Made by a program: the position numbers and the translations under genes | From: Gammaproteobacteria bacterium | GTDB taxonomy: Bacteria > Pseudomonadota > Gammaproteobacteria > Steroidobacterales > Steroidobacteraceae | Length of the DNA: 64,000 bases | Direction of reading: 5' to 3' | NCBI GenBank assembly: GCA_020029535.1 | Contig: JAIBJM010000001.1 | Coordinates: 35,705-99,704, forward strand | The notes under the pieces: model-generated | Told to the model about the DNA's origin: nothing | The model's input: only the letters and a program-made list of their open reading frames with translations | Database searches by the model: none | Part shown: positions 41,326 to 49,863 of the stretch, one piece after another | Layout: each line of letters starts with the position of its first letter | Numbering within the stretch: position 1 is the stretch's first letter

Positions 41326-41484
41326 TCAGCCCGCTTCACCCGTGCACTTCACGGAACGGGCCTCCACCCCATAATCGCGTATCAGCGACAGGCGGTTTGA
41401 AATTCCTGTCCACTCGCCTTCGTGGGCGCGCACCGTGTCGCCGAGAATGCGGCCCGGAAGGCGGATGTCGGGGCGCAGCGGCGT
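41326..41484 (-). pseudogene. Possible relic of the 5' end of a phosphoenolpyruvate carboxylase gene
   Basis: The minus-strand frame reads TPLRPDIRLPGRILGDTVRAHEGE..., which resembles the conserved PEPC N-terminal stretch (LRxDIRLLGxxLGDTxRxxxGE). There is no start codon, a stop comes after about 50 codons, and no PEPC-like continuation exists in any frame. Confidence 0.2.
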
Positions 41485-41509
41485 TTTTCCTCCGTCGGGT
41501 GGCTCATCG

Positions 41510-44200
41510 CTACCGCGCTTGCTGGGCGTTCATCCGCTGCAATAGCTCACCCAGCTGTTTGATGTCCTCGCCGTACTGTGCCCAGTTGCCTTCGCGCTGC
41601 GCCTGCAACGCGCGCTGATACAAGCGTTGCGCCTGTAAGGCCAGGGTATCGGAGCCGACAGCGCCCGCTGTCTGCTGCGGTTGCGGTCGCGGCATTTGTG
41701 GAGCCGCACCGCCACGCGGGAACAGACGCGCCAGCGAGGCATCCAGAGTGTCTTCCATCACAATCTGATTCCGGTACGCCACCACAACGCGCTTCAATTC
41801 CGGAATGCGGCCATTGGCCGCGCGCAGATACATCGGCCGGATGTACAGCAGCGATTCCTCGATCGGAATCACCAGCAGGCTGCCCTGTATGACTTCCGAG
41901 CCTTGCTGGTTCCACAGCGTGATCTGCGGCGCGATGACCTGATCCTGGCTGATGCGCGCGGCGATCTGGCGCGGACCGAAGATCACCGTCTGTTTGGGAA
42001 ACTGGAACACAACCAGCTGGCCGTAATTCTCGCCATCGCTGCGGGCGACCATCCACGCCGCCAGATTGTCTTTCTGACGCGGCGTGTAGGGCAGCATCTG
42101 GATATATTCTGCCCCCGACTCTCCTGGCAGCTTCATCATGGTGTAGTACGGCGACATCGGCAGCGCCTGCGCGCCCTCACCCAGCGTGGGAATGTCCCAT
42201 TGGTCTTCGCCGTTGTAGAAGGTGGCCGGATTCGTCATGTGGAAGTTGGCGAACATCGCGGCCTGCAGCGCGAAGATGCCTTGCGGATAGCGCAAGCGGG
42301 TGCGCAAATCTTCCGGCATCTCGCTAAGCGGCTTGAACAGCGTCGGGAAAATCCTGGCGAGCGTCGCCACGACAGGATCCTGGGTATCGACCACGTGGAA
42401 GTTCACGGTGCCGTCGTAGGCGTCCACCGTGACCTTCACCGAGTTGCGGATATAGTTGATGCCGCTCGCTGCGGGCTTGGAATAGGGGTAGCGGCTGCTG
42501 CTCGTATAGGCGTCCTGTATCCAAACAAGACGCCCCCGGGAAATCGCCAGATAGGGAGCGGCGTCGTAGACGAGAAAGGGCGCGATGCGCCTGACGCGCT
42601 CGGCAATGCGCCGGTGCATCAAAACTCGGCTCTGCTCGGTGAGATTCGGCGAGAACAGCGTGTCGGTCGAAGCAAACCGGATTGCGAACAACAGGCGGCG
42701 GAAGAACGTATCCACCGCAATGCCGCCCTGGCCTGCGTAGGCGCCGAATTCGTTGGCATCCCCGCGGGGATAGTCGAATTCGGCCGTGGCGGTCTTCACG
42801 AACACGTGATCGTTGGACAGCTCGCCGTAGTAGATGGCCGGCTGCGTCACCGCCAGGTCGACGGAGGACTTCAGGGGCAAGTCCTTCACGAACAGCACCG
42901 GTAAGCCTTCCGGCGTCACTTCGTTCACCGGGCCGAGGGTGATGCCGTAGCCGTGCGTGAACGTGAGCCTTTCGTTGATCCATGAGCCGCTCGGCAGCGC
43001 GGCAGAATTCATCTCGCGCGCCGAGAGCATGATCTGGCGATACTTGCCGTCGATCTCGTACCGGTCGTTGTGTACGGAGACGAAATCGTAATAGGTGCGG
43101 ATTTCCTGGATCTGCCCGAAGGTGTCGAGCAGGGGCCGTTCATTCCAGAGTGGCACGTTATCGAGCGTGGCCGCGTTGCGCTCGATATCCGCCAGGGTGA
43201 GCGGAGCTTCACCCGATAGTTCCCGCTCCACCACTTTGTCGAGCGCGAAGCCGGCGCGCGTGGCTCCGATGGAGTGCGTTATATAAGGCGTCTCCCGCAC
43301 CTGTTCATTCGGCGAAACCACGAAACGCTGCAGAATGATCGCGTAGGCGCCGCCCGCCACCGTCACCCCGACATAAAGCGCAACCGCGCTCAACAAAGGC
43401 CAGAAGCGCGGCTGCATTGTTTGATATAGCGCGAGCCCCGCCCCAGCAATGGCCACCACGACCAGAATCCATTGCACCGGCATGCGCGCATGCACGTCCA
43501 CATAGGAGGCGCCATGCACGGTGCCGGAGGATGTAGTCAGCAGCTCTGGAACGCCAAACCACGCCTTGAATGCCAGCAGCAGCAGCAGCGCGGCGGCCAG
43601 CACACTCAAATGCCGCCGTGCACCGGGGCTGAGCAGCAGGCCGCGATTTGGATCGAACGACAGGTTCTGTCCCGCAAAATGCGCGCCGGCGACGGCGATG
43701 GCGGACAGCAGTACCGTCATGAAGGCCAGGTTGTGCAGGAACTGCAGGAAAGGCAGTTGAAAAAGATAGAAGGCGATGTCGTGGCCGAGGATGGGGTCGG
43801 TGGTCCCGAAGGGCACGGCATTGCGCGCCATGAGCCACACTTCCCACTTCCTGGAGGCCCAGAACGCCATGATCGCGGCGGCGACGAGCGCACCCAATAC
43901 CAACAGAGGCTTCAGGCGCCGCAGATCGAGAGCGATGGCACGCGGGCCTTGTGGGCCGAAGACGGTAAAGGAGCGCTGCGTGAGAGCGCCTTGCGCCAGC
44001 CGCAGGTTGAGGAATAGCACGGCGAAGACCGCCGCGAATACCACGAGGCCCAAGGTGGCGCGCGCTGTGAGCGTGCGCATGAAGACTTGTTGCAGAGCCA
44101 GCTCCTGGAACCACAACCAGTCGGTGTAGAACGCGGCCATGGAAGGCAGCAGGATGAAAATCGCTACGAAAGCGATGAGCAGATATTTCGATTTGGTCAT
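41510..44200 (-). CDS. UPF0182 family membrane protein
   Basis: 896 aa. N-terminal TM bundle beginning ...AAFYTDWLWFQEL..., then a large extracytoplasmic domain, as in UPF0182 proteins. Confidence 0.82.
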   Translation of the reverse strand: MTKSKYLLIAFVAIFILLPSMAAFYTDWLWFQELALQQVFMRTLTARATLGLVVFAAVFAVLFLNLRLAQGALTQRSFTVFGPQGPRAIALDLRRLKPLLVLGALVAAAIMAFWASRKWEVWLMARNAVPFGTTDPILGHDIAFYLFQLPFLQFLHNLAFMTVLLSAIAVAGAHFAGQNLSFDPNRGLLLSPGARRHLSVLAAALLLLLAFKAWFGVPELLTTSSGTVHGASYVDVHARMPVQWILVVVAIAGAGLALYQTMQPRFWPLLSAVALYVGVTVAGGAYAIILQRFVVSPNEQVRETPYITHSIGATRAGFALDKVVERELSGEAPLTLADIERNAATLDNVPLWNERPLLDTFGQIQEIRTYYDFVSVHNDRYEIDGKYRQIMLSAREMNSAALPSGSWINERLTFTHGYGITLGPVNEVTPEGLPVLFVKDLPLKSSVDLAVTQPAIYYGELSNDHVFVKTATAEFDYPRGDANEFGAYAGQGGIAVDTFFRRLLFAIRFASTDTLFSPNLTEQSRVLMHRRIAERVRRIAPFLVYDAAPYLAISRGRLVWIQDAYTSSSRYPYSKPAASGINYIRNSVKVTVDAYDGTVNFHVVDTQDPVVATLARIFPTLFKPLSEMPEDLRTRLRYPQGIFALQAAMFANFHMTNPATFYNGEDQWDIPTLGEGAQALPMSPYYTMMKLPGESGAEYIQMLPYTPRQKDNLAAWMVARSDGENYGQLVVFQFPKQTVIFGPRQIAARISQDQVIAPQITLWNQQGSEVIQGSLLVIPIEESLLYIRPMYLRAANGRIPELKRVVVAYRNQIVMEDTLDASLARLFPRGGAAPQMPRPQPQQTAGAVGSDTLALQAQRLYQRALQAQREGNWAQYGEDIKQLGELLQRMNAQQAR

Positions 44201-44370
44201 TCAGGGCGCTCCACGGTGAAGCGGCATAGTAGCTGCGATCAGGAGCTATGACATCCCGCCTGCCGGAAGCTTGCCGCGAGGCTGCGGAAGACGGCGTCCT
44301 CGAGCCGCCAGAGCGTTGCGCCGATATGAGCTGCTGGGAGGATTCGATAGCCCGCGGGTAATGTTTCGCA

Positions 44371-44411
44371 ACCTTCAGTTGATCGGCGCCGCTGATCGAC
44401 GCTACCCTGCG
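44371..44411 (+). repeat. Left copy of a 41-nt direct repeat
   Basis: ACCTTCAGTTGATCGGCGCCGCTGATCGACGCTACCCTGCG. 36 of 41 positions are identical to 48221-48261. Its core is an imperfect palindrome GTTGATCGGCG-C-CGCTGATCGAC. Confidence 0.8.
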
Positions 44412-44463
44412 CTCGCGATTTTGCGGCGCGCCGACATTTCAATTCGCACCGAGGACGCGCAGT

Positions 44464-44931
44464 ATGGTCCGCGTGCCGAGACCACCGGACACTCGTCGCG
44501 TTACCTTGCTTGCGCCACTGGGCCTGAGCGCCATGAGTCTATGGGCTTTGCTGGCAGTGACATTTGCGCCGAGTGCGGCGGCTCATCATTCTTTCGTCGC
44601 CATCTATGACGCCGCCCGCTACATCGATCTCGAAGGCATCGTGAGCGAGTTCCGGTTCGTCAATCCCCATCCGGTGCTGGTGATCTCGGTTACGCGGCCG
44701 GGCAGTGCCGCGGAATCCTGGCATGCCGAGATGGACAACCGCTTCGAACTCGCCGATATCGGCATGACGGCGCAGACTTTCCGGCCGGGGGATCGCGTCC
44801 GTGTAACTGGAAATCCGGGACGCAACGTTTCCCACATCATGTATCTGCGGGCGCTTGATCGCCCATCGGATGGCCTGCGCTACGAGCAGGTGGGCAGCAC
44901 ACCCCGAATCCAGCGGCCGGAGCGTCGCTGA
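44464..44931 (+). CDS. DUF6152 family secreted protein
   Basis: Signal peptide ending ...PSAAA followed by HHSF. ...LEGIVSEFRFVNPHP... matches the DUF6152 pattern. Alternative start ATG 44533. Confidence 0.68.
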   Translation: MVRVPRPPDTRRVTLLAPLGLSAMSLWALLAVTFAPSAAAHHSFVAIYDAARYIDLEGIVSEFRFVNPHPVLVISVTRPGSAAESWHAEMDNRFELADIGMTAQTFRPGDRVRVTGNPGRNVSHIMYLRALDRPSDGLRYEQVGSTPRIQRPERR

Positions 44932-44950
44932 AACGTCCGAAGGGGTGGCG

Positions 44951-47900
44951 TCAGGTACCCGATATTAAGTTGCTTGAACGCCTGCGGGCGTTGATCTGCA
45001 GCGCCCCCAGCACGAGTAAGCCGAGCAGGTCCAGGACATCGAGGGAACCGCCGCCACTCCGACTACCACTGACCGTCACCGTTGGGACCGTTGGATCGTT
45101 GCTGAATCCGTACAGCTCTTTGCCCGTAGCCGGATCGTTTCCGACGAAAAAGAATGTCTGGCCGACCGTCAGTCGATGCCGGTTCGACGCTGCCGCAAAA
45201 ATTGACGGCGTGACTACAGGTGCCGGCGAAACCAGGGTTGTACCTGTAGCAGTGCCGTCCGAGCGCCACAGCTGGCCGCCGGTGGCAGGATCGGAGACCC
45301 CGAACAATGTAGTGCCGTTGAAGTCTGCGAACCAGAGCAGAGTCGATTGCGCCGTGGGATTGATGTCTTTCAGCAAGTGCGTGCCGGAGGAAGTGCCATC
45401 GGATACCCACGGTTCAGGTCCGACGGCGCCGGTGCCGGAGAAATAGGCCAGCGTACCGTTGGTAAAGAAAGCCGGTCCGGTGAGCAGCGCACTCAGACTC
45501 GCCGTCCCTGCCGCAGTGCCATCGCTCGACCACAGCTGATACTCGTAACTCCCGGGCTGTCCAGCGGCAATCACCGCGCTGGCCAGCAGCTTCCCGTTGG
45601 CAATCCCAAGCGGGAATGGGGAAGAGTAGGTATTCGGCGCGACCTGACCCAGCGGATGGGTCCCCGAGGGGAGGCCATTCGATTGCCACAGCTGCCCGCC
45701 AGTGCCGTCGTTCGCTCCGAAATAGAGCGCTCCGTTGAATACCACGAGTCCGTAGGGATAGGAGCCGGCGGTTCCGGGAGCAATATCGATTACTTGAACG
45801 GTCCCTCCACTGGTCCCGTCGGAGGCCCAGAGCTCGGTCCCAGCGGGTCCAGCAGCAGAAAAATACAGACGGTTGCCAAAGACCGTGAGCTGACAGGGAT
45901 TGGAATCGCCTGAGCCTGGATTGATGTCAGACACCTGATAAGTGCCGCCTGCCGTTCCGTCGGTACTCCAGAGCTCGACTCCTGTCGCACCGGCGCTCGC
46001 GGCAAAGTAGATCCCGCCATTCAGAACCGCCGGTGTGTCCTTGACGCATGCCGGTACCTGCAGTTGCGAAAAAACGGGAAGCACCGGCGGCGCGAGTGTC
46101 GCCAGCACCTGGGCACTGGACGGCGAGCCGGATAACCGCATGAATTTTTGTGTCCCGCTCGCGTCTTTGGCGAAGAAGTAGAGAGTGCCGTTGGCGACAA
46201 ACAGATGGCTGGGGTCGGAGCTGACCGCTCCCGAATTGATATCGGCGAGCAGTGTCGTTCCAGCACTCGTGCCGTCCGATCTCCATAGTTCTCGACCATG
46301 CACGCCATCACTCGCCACGAATGCCAACACGCCATTGAAGTCGACGAACTCGTCGGGATTGGAGCCGCTATCGGTGGTTTGGGGATAAATATCGGCCACC
46401 AATCGGGTGCCGGCAGATGTTCCGTCGCTTACCCAAGGCTCATTGCCCTTGGTTGCGTCATCGTTCGAAAAATAAAGCGAACCGGCAGCATAGAGAAATC
46501 CGTCGATAATCGAGATCGACAGCGCATCGTGTAGCGAGGTCGTGGCGTTTGCCGGCGGCGCGTATCTGAACAAGGATTTGGCACCGGACGAACTCGCGAT
46601 CAGCACGTAGACAGTGCCACTGTCCCCGGTCAGCTGGGTGATGCCCGCCTCCGATTGATCGACGGAGGGGAGTCCGCCTGCCCGCATGGTTCCCACCGCT
46701 GTGCCATCCGTTCGCCATACGGACCTCGTTGTCATTTGCGCGCCGTCGGAGATCGACAGGTAGGCGATACCGGCGATCGTTGCGTGATGGCTGACGATCT
46801 GGAAGGGCGAATTCGCCGGCTGCGTTGCGCTTGTTAGCCGGACAGTGTTGGCGCCGGTCCCGTCACTGCTCCAGAGCTGCGAACCATATTGTGCGTCGCT
46901 ACCGATGAAGATGACGCGATCACCCACCTTTTGGAATAGCGGGTACTGTTGCGCATTGAAACTCAGAGGACCTGGATTGGTGACGGCTATGAGGTAGGTT
47001 CCGGCGCTCGTCCCATCGGAACGCCACAATTCCTGGTTTTGGTTGATCCCGCTACTGCCCAAGCAAAGCACGTAGCCGTCCATGCTGATAAGACCAGCGG
47101 CCTCGTTCACGTTAGGAGGGCCGAATCCCGCATTTCCTCCGATCGCCGTGACCGCGCTGATGGTATCCGTGACTGTATCGACGCTCCACAAGAGTCCCGA
47201 GGATAGATACAGGAAGGAGCTGCCGGCCAGCGCGAATGAGTGCGGATGATAGAGCGCGCTGGTGCCGACACTGTTGTTACCGCCCCACGGATTCGTGACC
47301 GGACGCGTGCCGGCGGAAGTACCGTCGCTAACCCAGATCTGTCCCGAGGCAGCCCCTATCGACACCCCGCCAGTTGCGAAATAGAACTTGCTTCCGACCA
47401 CCAGAAATTCAGTGGCGACATACGAATACTGACCCGTGAGGCTGGTCAAAGCGTGCGTACCCGCACCGGTACCATCCGTCGCATACAGCTGCGAAACCCC
47501 GGAAGCATCCACTTTGCTGAAAATAATTAGTGAGCCAAATAGGCCGTAAAGCACTGGACTCGCGGTGGTTCCACTTGGCCCCAGATTGACGACCATAGCC
47601 GTGCCGGAAGCAGTCCCGTCCGTGCTCCACAACTGCGGACCCGTCGTACCGTCATCCCCGATGAAATATCCTCGGCCACTCTGGACCGCATAATTAGTGG
47701 GACCGGGGAATTTGATTTGGGCAAGTACCCGCAAGCGGCGCAGCAGGATCGTGCCCGAAGTGCTGCCGTCGGTAGCCCATAACGCGGGCCCTGTCGCATC
47801 AGTAGCCCCGAATAGCATTTTGCCGCCGAGGGCTCCCAGATACTGGGGATAGGAGCTCTCAGGCACGATCGCCGTGTTGATGTTGAGTATGAGACGAGGC

Positions 47901-48010
47901 ACTTCACTGAATGCCACGCCTGTATAGCTGCTGACGGCGATCAGAAGGCCGATCAGCCAGGCGAGCCGGATGGATGCATAAGGCTTGCGGGTTGTATCGA
48001 ACATCATCAT
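44951..48010 (-). CDS. ELWxxDGT-repeat secreted protein with a GlyGly-CTERM-like sorting tail
   Basis: Signal peptide and about 15 copies of (L/P)W(x)(S/T)DGTxxGT at roughly 55-60-aa spacing. The C-terminus reads SGGGSLDVLDLLGLLVLGALQINARRRSS. Confidence 0.85.
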   Translation of the reverse strand: MMMFDTTRKPYASIRLAWLIGLLIAVSSYTGVAFSEVPRLILNINTAIVPESSYPQYLGALGGKMLFGATDATGPALWATDGSTSGTILLRRLRVLAQIKFPGPTNYAVQSGRGYFIGDDGTTGPQLWSTDGTASGTAMVVNLGPSGTTASPVLYGLFGSLIIFSKVDASGVSQLYATDGTGAGTHALTSLTGQYSYVATEFLVVGSKFYFATGGVSIGAASGQIWVSDGTSAGTRPVTNPWGGNNSVGTSALYHPHSFALAGSSFLYLSSGLLWSVDTVTDTISAVTAIGGNAGFGPPNVNEAAGLISMDGYVLCLGSSGINQNQELWRSDGTSAGTYLIAVTNPGPLSFNAQQYPLFQKVGDRVIFIGSDAQYGSQLWSSDGTGANTVRLTSATQPANSPFQIVSHHATIAGIAYLSISDGAQMTTRSVWRTDGTAVGTMRAGGLPSVDQSEAGITQLTGDSGTVYVLIASSSGAKSLFRYAPPANATTSLHDALSISIIDGFLYAAGSLYFSNDDATKGNEPWVSDGTSAGTRLVADIYPQTTDSGSNPDEFVDFNGVLAFVASDGVHGRELWRSDGTSAGTTLLADINSGAVSSDPSHLFVANGTLYFFAKDASGTQKFMRLSGSPSSAQVLATLAPPVLPVFSQLQVPACVKDTPAVLNGGIYFAASAGATGVELWSTDGTAGGTYQVSDINPGSGDSNPCQLTVFGNRLYFSAAGPAGTELWASDGTSGGTVQVIDIAPGTAGSYPYGLVVFNGALYFGANDGTGGQLWQSNGLPSGTHPLGQVAPNTYSSPFPLGIANGKLLASAVIAAGQPGSYEYQLWSSDGTAAGTASLSALLTGPAFFTNGTLAYFSGTGAVGPEPWVSDGTSSGTHLLKDINPTAQSTLLWFADFNGTTLFGVSDPATGGQLWRSDGTATGTTLVSPAPVVTPSIFAAASNRHRLTVGQTFFFVGNDPATGKELYGFSNDPTVPTVTVSGSRSGGGSLDVLDLLGLLVLGALQINARRRSSNLISGT

Positions 48011-48220
48011 GCCACCCTTGGAAGATGGATTTTTTTGCGCGCTCAGTTGAGCGAAGAAGACTACGGTGGTCGCCTATCGGCAAGTGCGCGACTATGCCAG
48101 CGAAAACATCGGGCAGTCAGTTGTTTTGACAGATGTGGACATCTTTAAAAATTACGTAATGCGACATCGCTGACGTAATACAGATATCGTGTCTTGGGGC
48201 GAAGATGCTTTGCTGCTGCG

Positions 48221-48261
48221 ACCTCCAGTTGATCGCTGCCGCTCATCGACGCTACCTTGCG
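48221..48261 (+). repeat. Right copy of the 41-nt direct repeat
   Basis: ACCTCCAGTTGATCGCTGCCGCTCATCGACGCTACCTTGCG. Same orientation as the left copy, 3850 bp away. Confidence 0.8.
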
Positions 48262-48517
48262 GCCGGACAATTAAGGCTCGATCTGCGAACAAGCCGGGTC
48301 GGAAAGGTGGATTGAACTTCCACTCGGTACTTCTGGTCGCTCGCGATCGGTGCCTTCGACACGGCCGCAAGTACGATCACCGGTGGGCTCGAAACGCTGG
48401 CCCTATGCGAATCCCACACTCGTTCCGGCAGCACCACTACTTCCGGTGCACCGCGCCGAAGAGGTGTTCGAGCAACCCGATGTGTTCGATATCGGACGCG
48501 CGCTCAGACCTTTTTGA
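48221..48517 (+). pseudogene. Frameshifted, internally deleted relic of a cytochrome-P450-like gene
   Basis: One frame reads ...DLQLIAAAHRRY...VGKVD*TSTRYFWSLAIGAFDTAASTITGGLETLA, which is I-helix-like (compare AGxDTT). A second frame reads VHRAEEVFEQPDVFDIGRALRPF*, which resembles ANRDxxVFxxPDxFDIxR just before the heme loop. The two motifs are only about 120 nt apart, and no heme-Cys loop follows. Confidence 0.35.
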
Positions 48518-48884
48518 AGGTCAGCGTGACGCCGCCGAAGTCGGTGACCAGGGCATCACCCCGCCAGCTCAATTGCATCGTCATGCCTTCGCCGCCTTCG
48601 ACGAGGATGACTTCGCCGTTCAGGATCCACTTGCCGTCGTGAGCATTCGTCTTGCCATCTTCCGTCATGGCGATTCCCACTGCGCCGCCGTCTTGAAAAC
48701 TGAGGCGTATGGCGGTTCCGTCAGGCAAGCGCGACTCGTAAGCCCCCGAGGGCGCGCCGCTGCCCGCCGCGCTGTGTGTCGAGTCAGACTGCTCGGCCGA
48801 GGCTCCGCCGCCACACCCGATCAACCCGACGCTCACCGCGACGATCAGCGTCGCCACGATTCGATGGAACCTCTTGGTTTGCAT
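48504..48884 (-). CDS. Hypothetical lipoprotein
   Basis: MQTKRFHRIVATLIVAVSVGLIGCGG (lipobox) followed by a small beta-rich domain. No family recognised. Confidence 0.5.
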   Translation of the reverse strand: MQTKRFHRIVATLIVAVSVGLIGCGGGASAEQSDSTHSAAGSGAPSGAYESRLPDGTAIRLSFQDGGAVGIAMTEDGKTNAHDGKWILNGEVILVEGGEGMTMQLSWRGDALVTDFGGVTLTFKKV

Positions 48885-48996
48885 GCGACATTCTCCGGAA
48901 TTCACGATTGGTTGCAGCCAGGACGATTGGGAAACATCAGAGGGGTTTCCCCTGCCAGACAGCGCTCACCGATCCACGACCGGGTGAAGTGCCCGA

Positions 48997-49782
48997 CTAT
49001 TTCAATCCGCCGGCGATGTCCACGCGTTTGTAGCCGGCCGGCACCTCGAACATGCTGGCCGGAATGGCAGCCTCCTGCCAGGTCTTCAACACATCTTCCT
49101 CGCTGCCCGGCTTGCCATTGGTGAAATCCCGCGTGCGCACCGGGTAACCGTTGATGCGGGTATAGGCGTGCATGGCGCTGCCGAACTGGCCGGACAGCTG
49201 TGGCAGCGACTGCGCCAGCGACTCGAACATCCCGCTCATCTTCTTCAGCAGCGACTGCAGGTCTTCCTTGCCGCCCAGCGATGCATAGGGCACTACGCAT
49301 ACTTCAGTATCGACGGTGCCATTGCGCTTGATCTGCCAGTTGCGGCAGCTGCGTCCGGTGACGGTGTCGTTGCGGCCGGTGTCCACCGTTTCGTAAACAT
49401 CGGGCTGCTGGCCGGCGCCGCCGAGCCGGCCCGTCAGCTGTTCGATCTGTGCGCGCTGTGCCGGCGGCAGTTGCGCCAGCTGGCCCTGCATCTTCTGCAT
49501 GGCGGCGCTGAGGGTGCCGCCCAGTTTCTGCATGGTGGCCTTGTCGATGGCGCGATAGCTGCGATCGGCATTGTCGATCTGATAGATGGTGTCGTCCTTG
49601 AACAGCACGATGTCGCCGTCCGAGGTCTCGGTGCGCAGTGCGCCGCCCTGGACATAAATCTTCTGCACCGCGCCTTCCTTGCCGGTGGCGACGTTGCGCG
49701 TCACGGTTTCGATGCGGACGCCGGCCTGTGCCGGAATCGAGGCCAGACCCAGTAATACGGCATATATATGTATACGCTTCAT
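48997..49782 (-). CDS. DUF4412-like secreted protein
   Basis: Signal peptide MKRIHIYAVLLGLASIPAQA. 261 aa. The overall pattern resembles DUF4412 proteins (recall, moderate). Confidence 0.55.
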   Translation of the reverse strand: MKRIHIYAVLLGLASIPAQAGVRIETVTRNVATGKEGAVQKIYVQGGALRTETSDGDIVLFKDDTIYQIDNADRSYRAIDKATMQKLGGTLSAAMQKMQGQLAQLPPAQRAQIEQLTGRLGGAGQQPDVYETVDTGRNDTVTGRSCRNWQIKRNGTVDTEVCVVPYASLGGKEDLQSLLKKMSGMFESLAQSLPQLSGQFGSAMHAYTRINGYPVRTRDFTNGKPGSEEDVLKTWQEAAIPASMFEVPAGYKRVDIAGGLK

Positions 49783-49863
49783 GGCCCACCCCGCTGATTT
49801 GCCGGTTCGATCATAACTGATTGAGTCTGCTGGTAGAATTCCATCGGACCGGACAGAACCTCC

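Noticed and set aside
44271-44609. 112-aa ORF covering the left 41-nt repeat and the DUF6152 start. Also short ATG-initiated ORFs beginning 10-13 nt before each repeat copy (possible conserved leader peptides).
   Set aside because: The similarity of the translated products ends exactly where the nucleotide similarity ends. There is no Shine-Dalgarno, and the left ORF runs out of frame through the DUF6152 signal peptide. This fits decayed coding DNA or a DNA-level element better than a peptide gene.
44951-48010. Periodic nucleotide repeats that might suggest a CRISPR-like or tandem DNA array.
   Set aside because: The periodicity is that of the ELWxxDGT protein repeats (about 165-180 nt, degenerate at the DNA level) inside one intact ORF. 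There are no short identical direct repeats with unique spacers anywhere in the window.
48189-49124. 311-aa plus-strand ORF spanning the ELW upstream region and two minus-strand genes.
   Set aside because: It is antisense to the lipoprotein and DUF4412 genes and Arg-rich. Only its first ~330 nt overlap the P450-like relic, which is itself in other frames.
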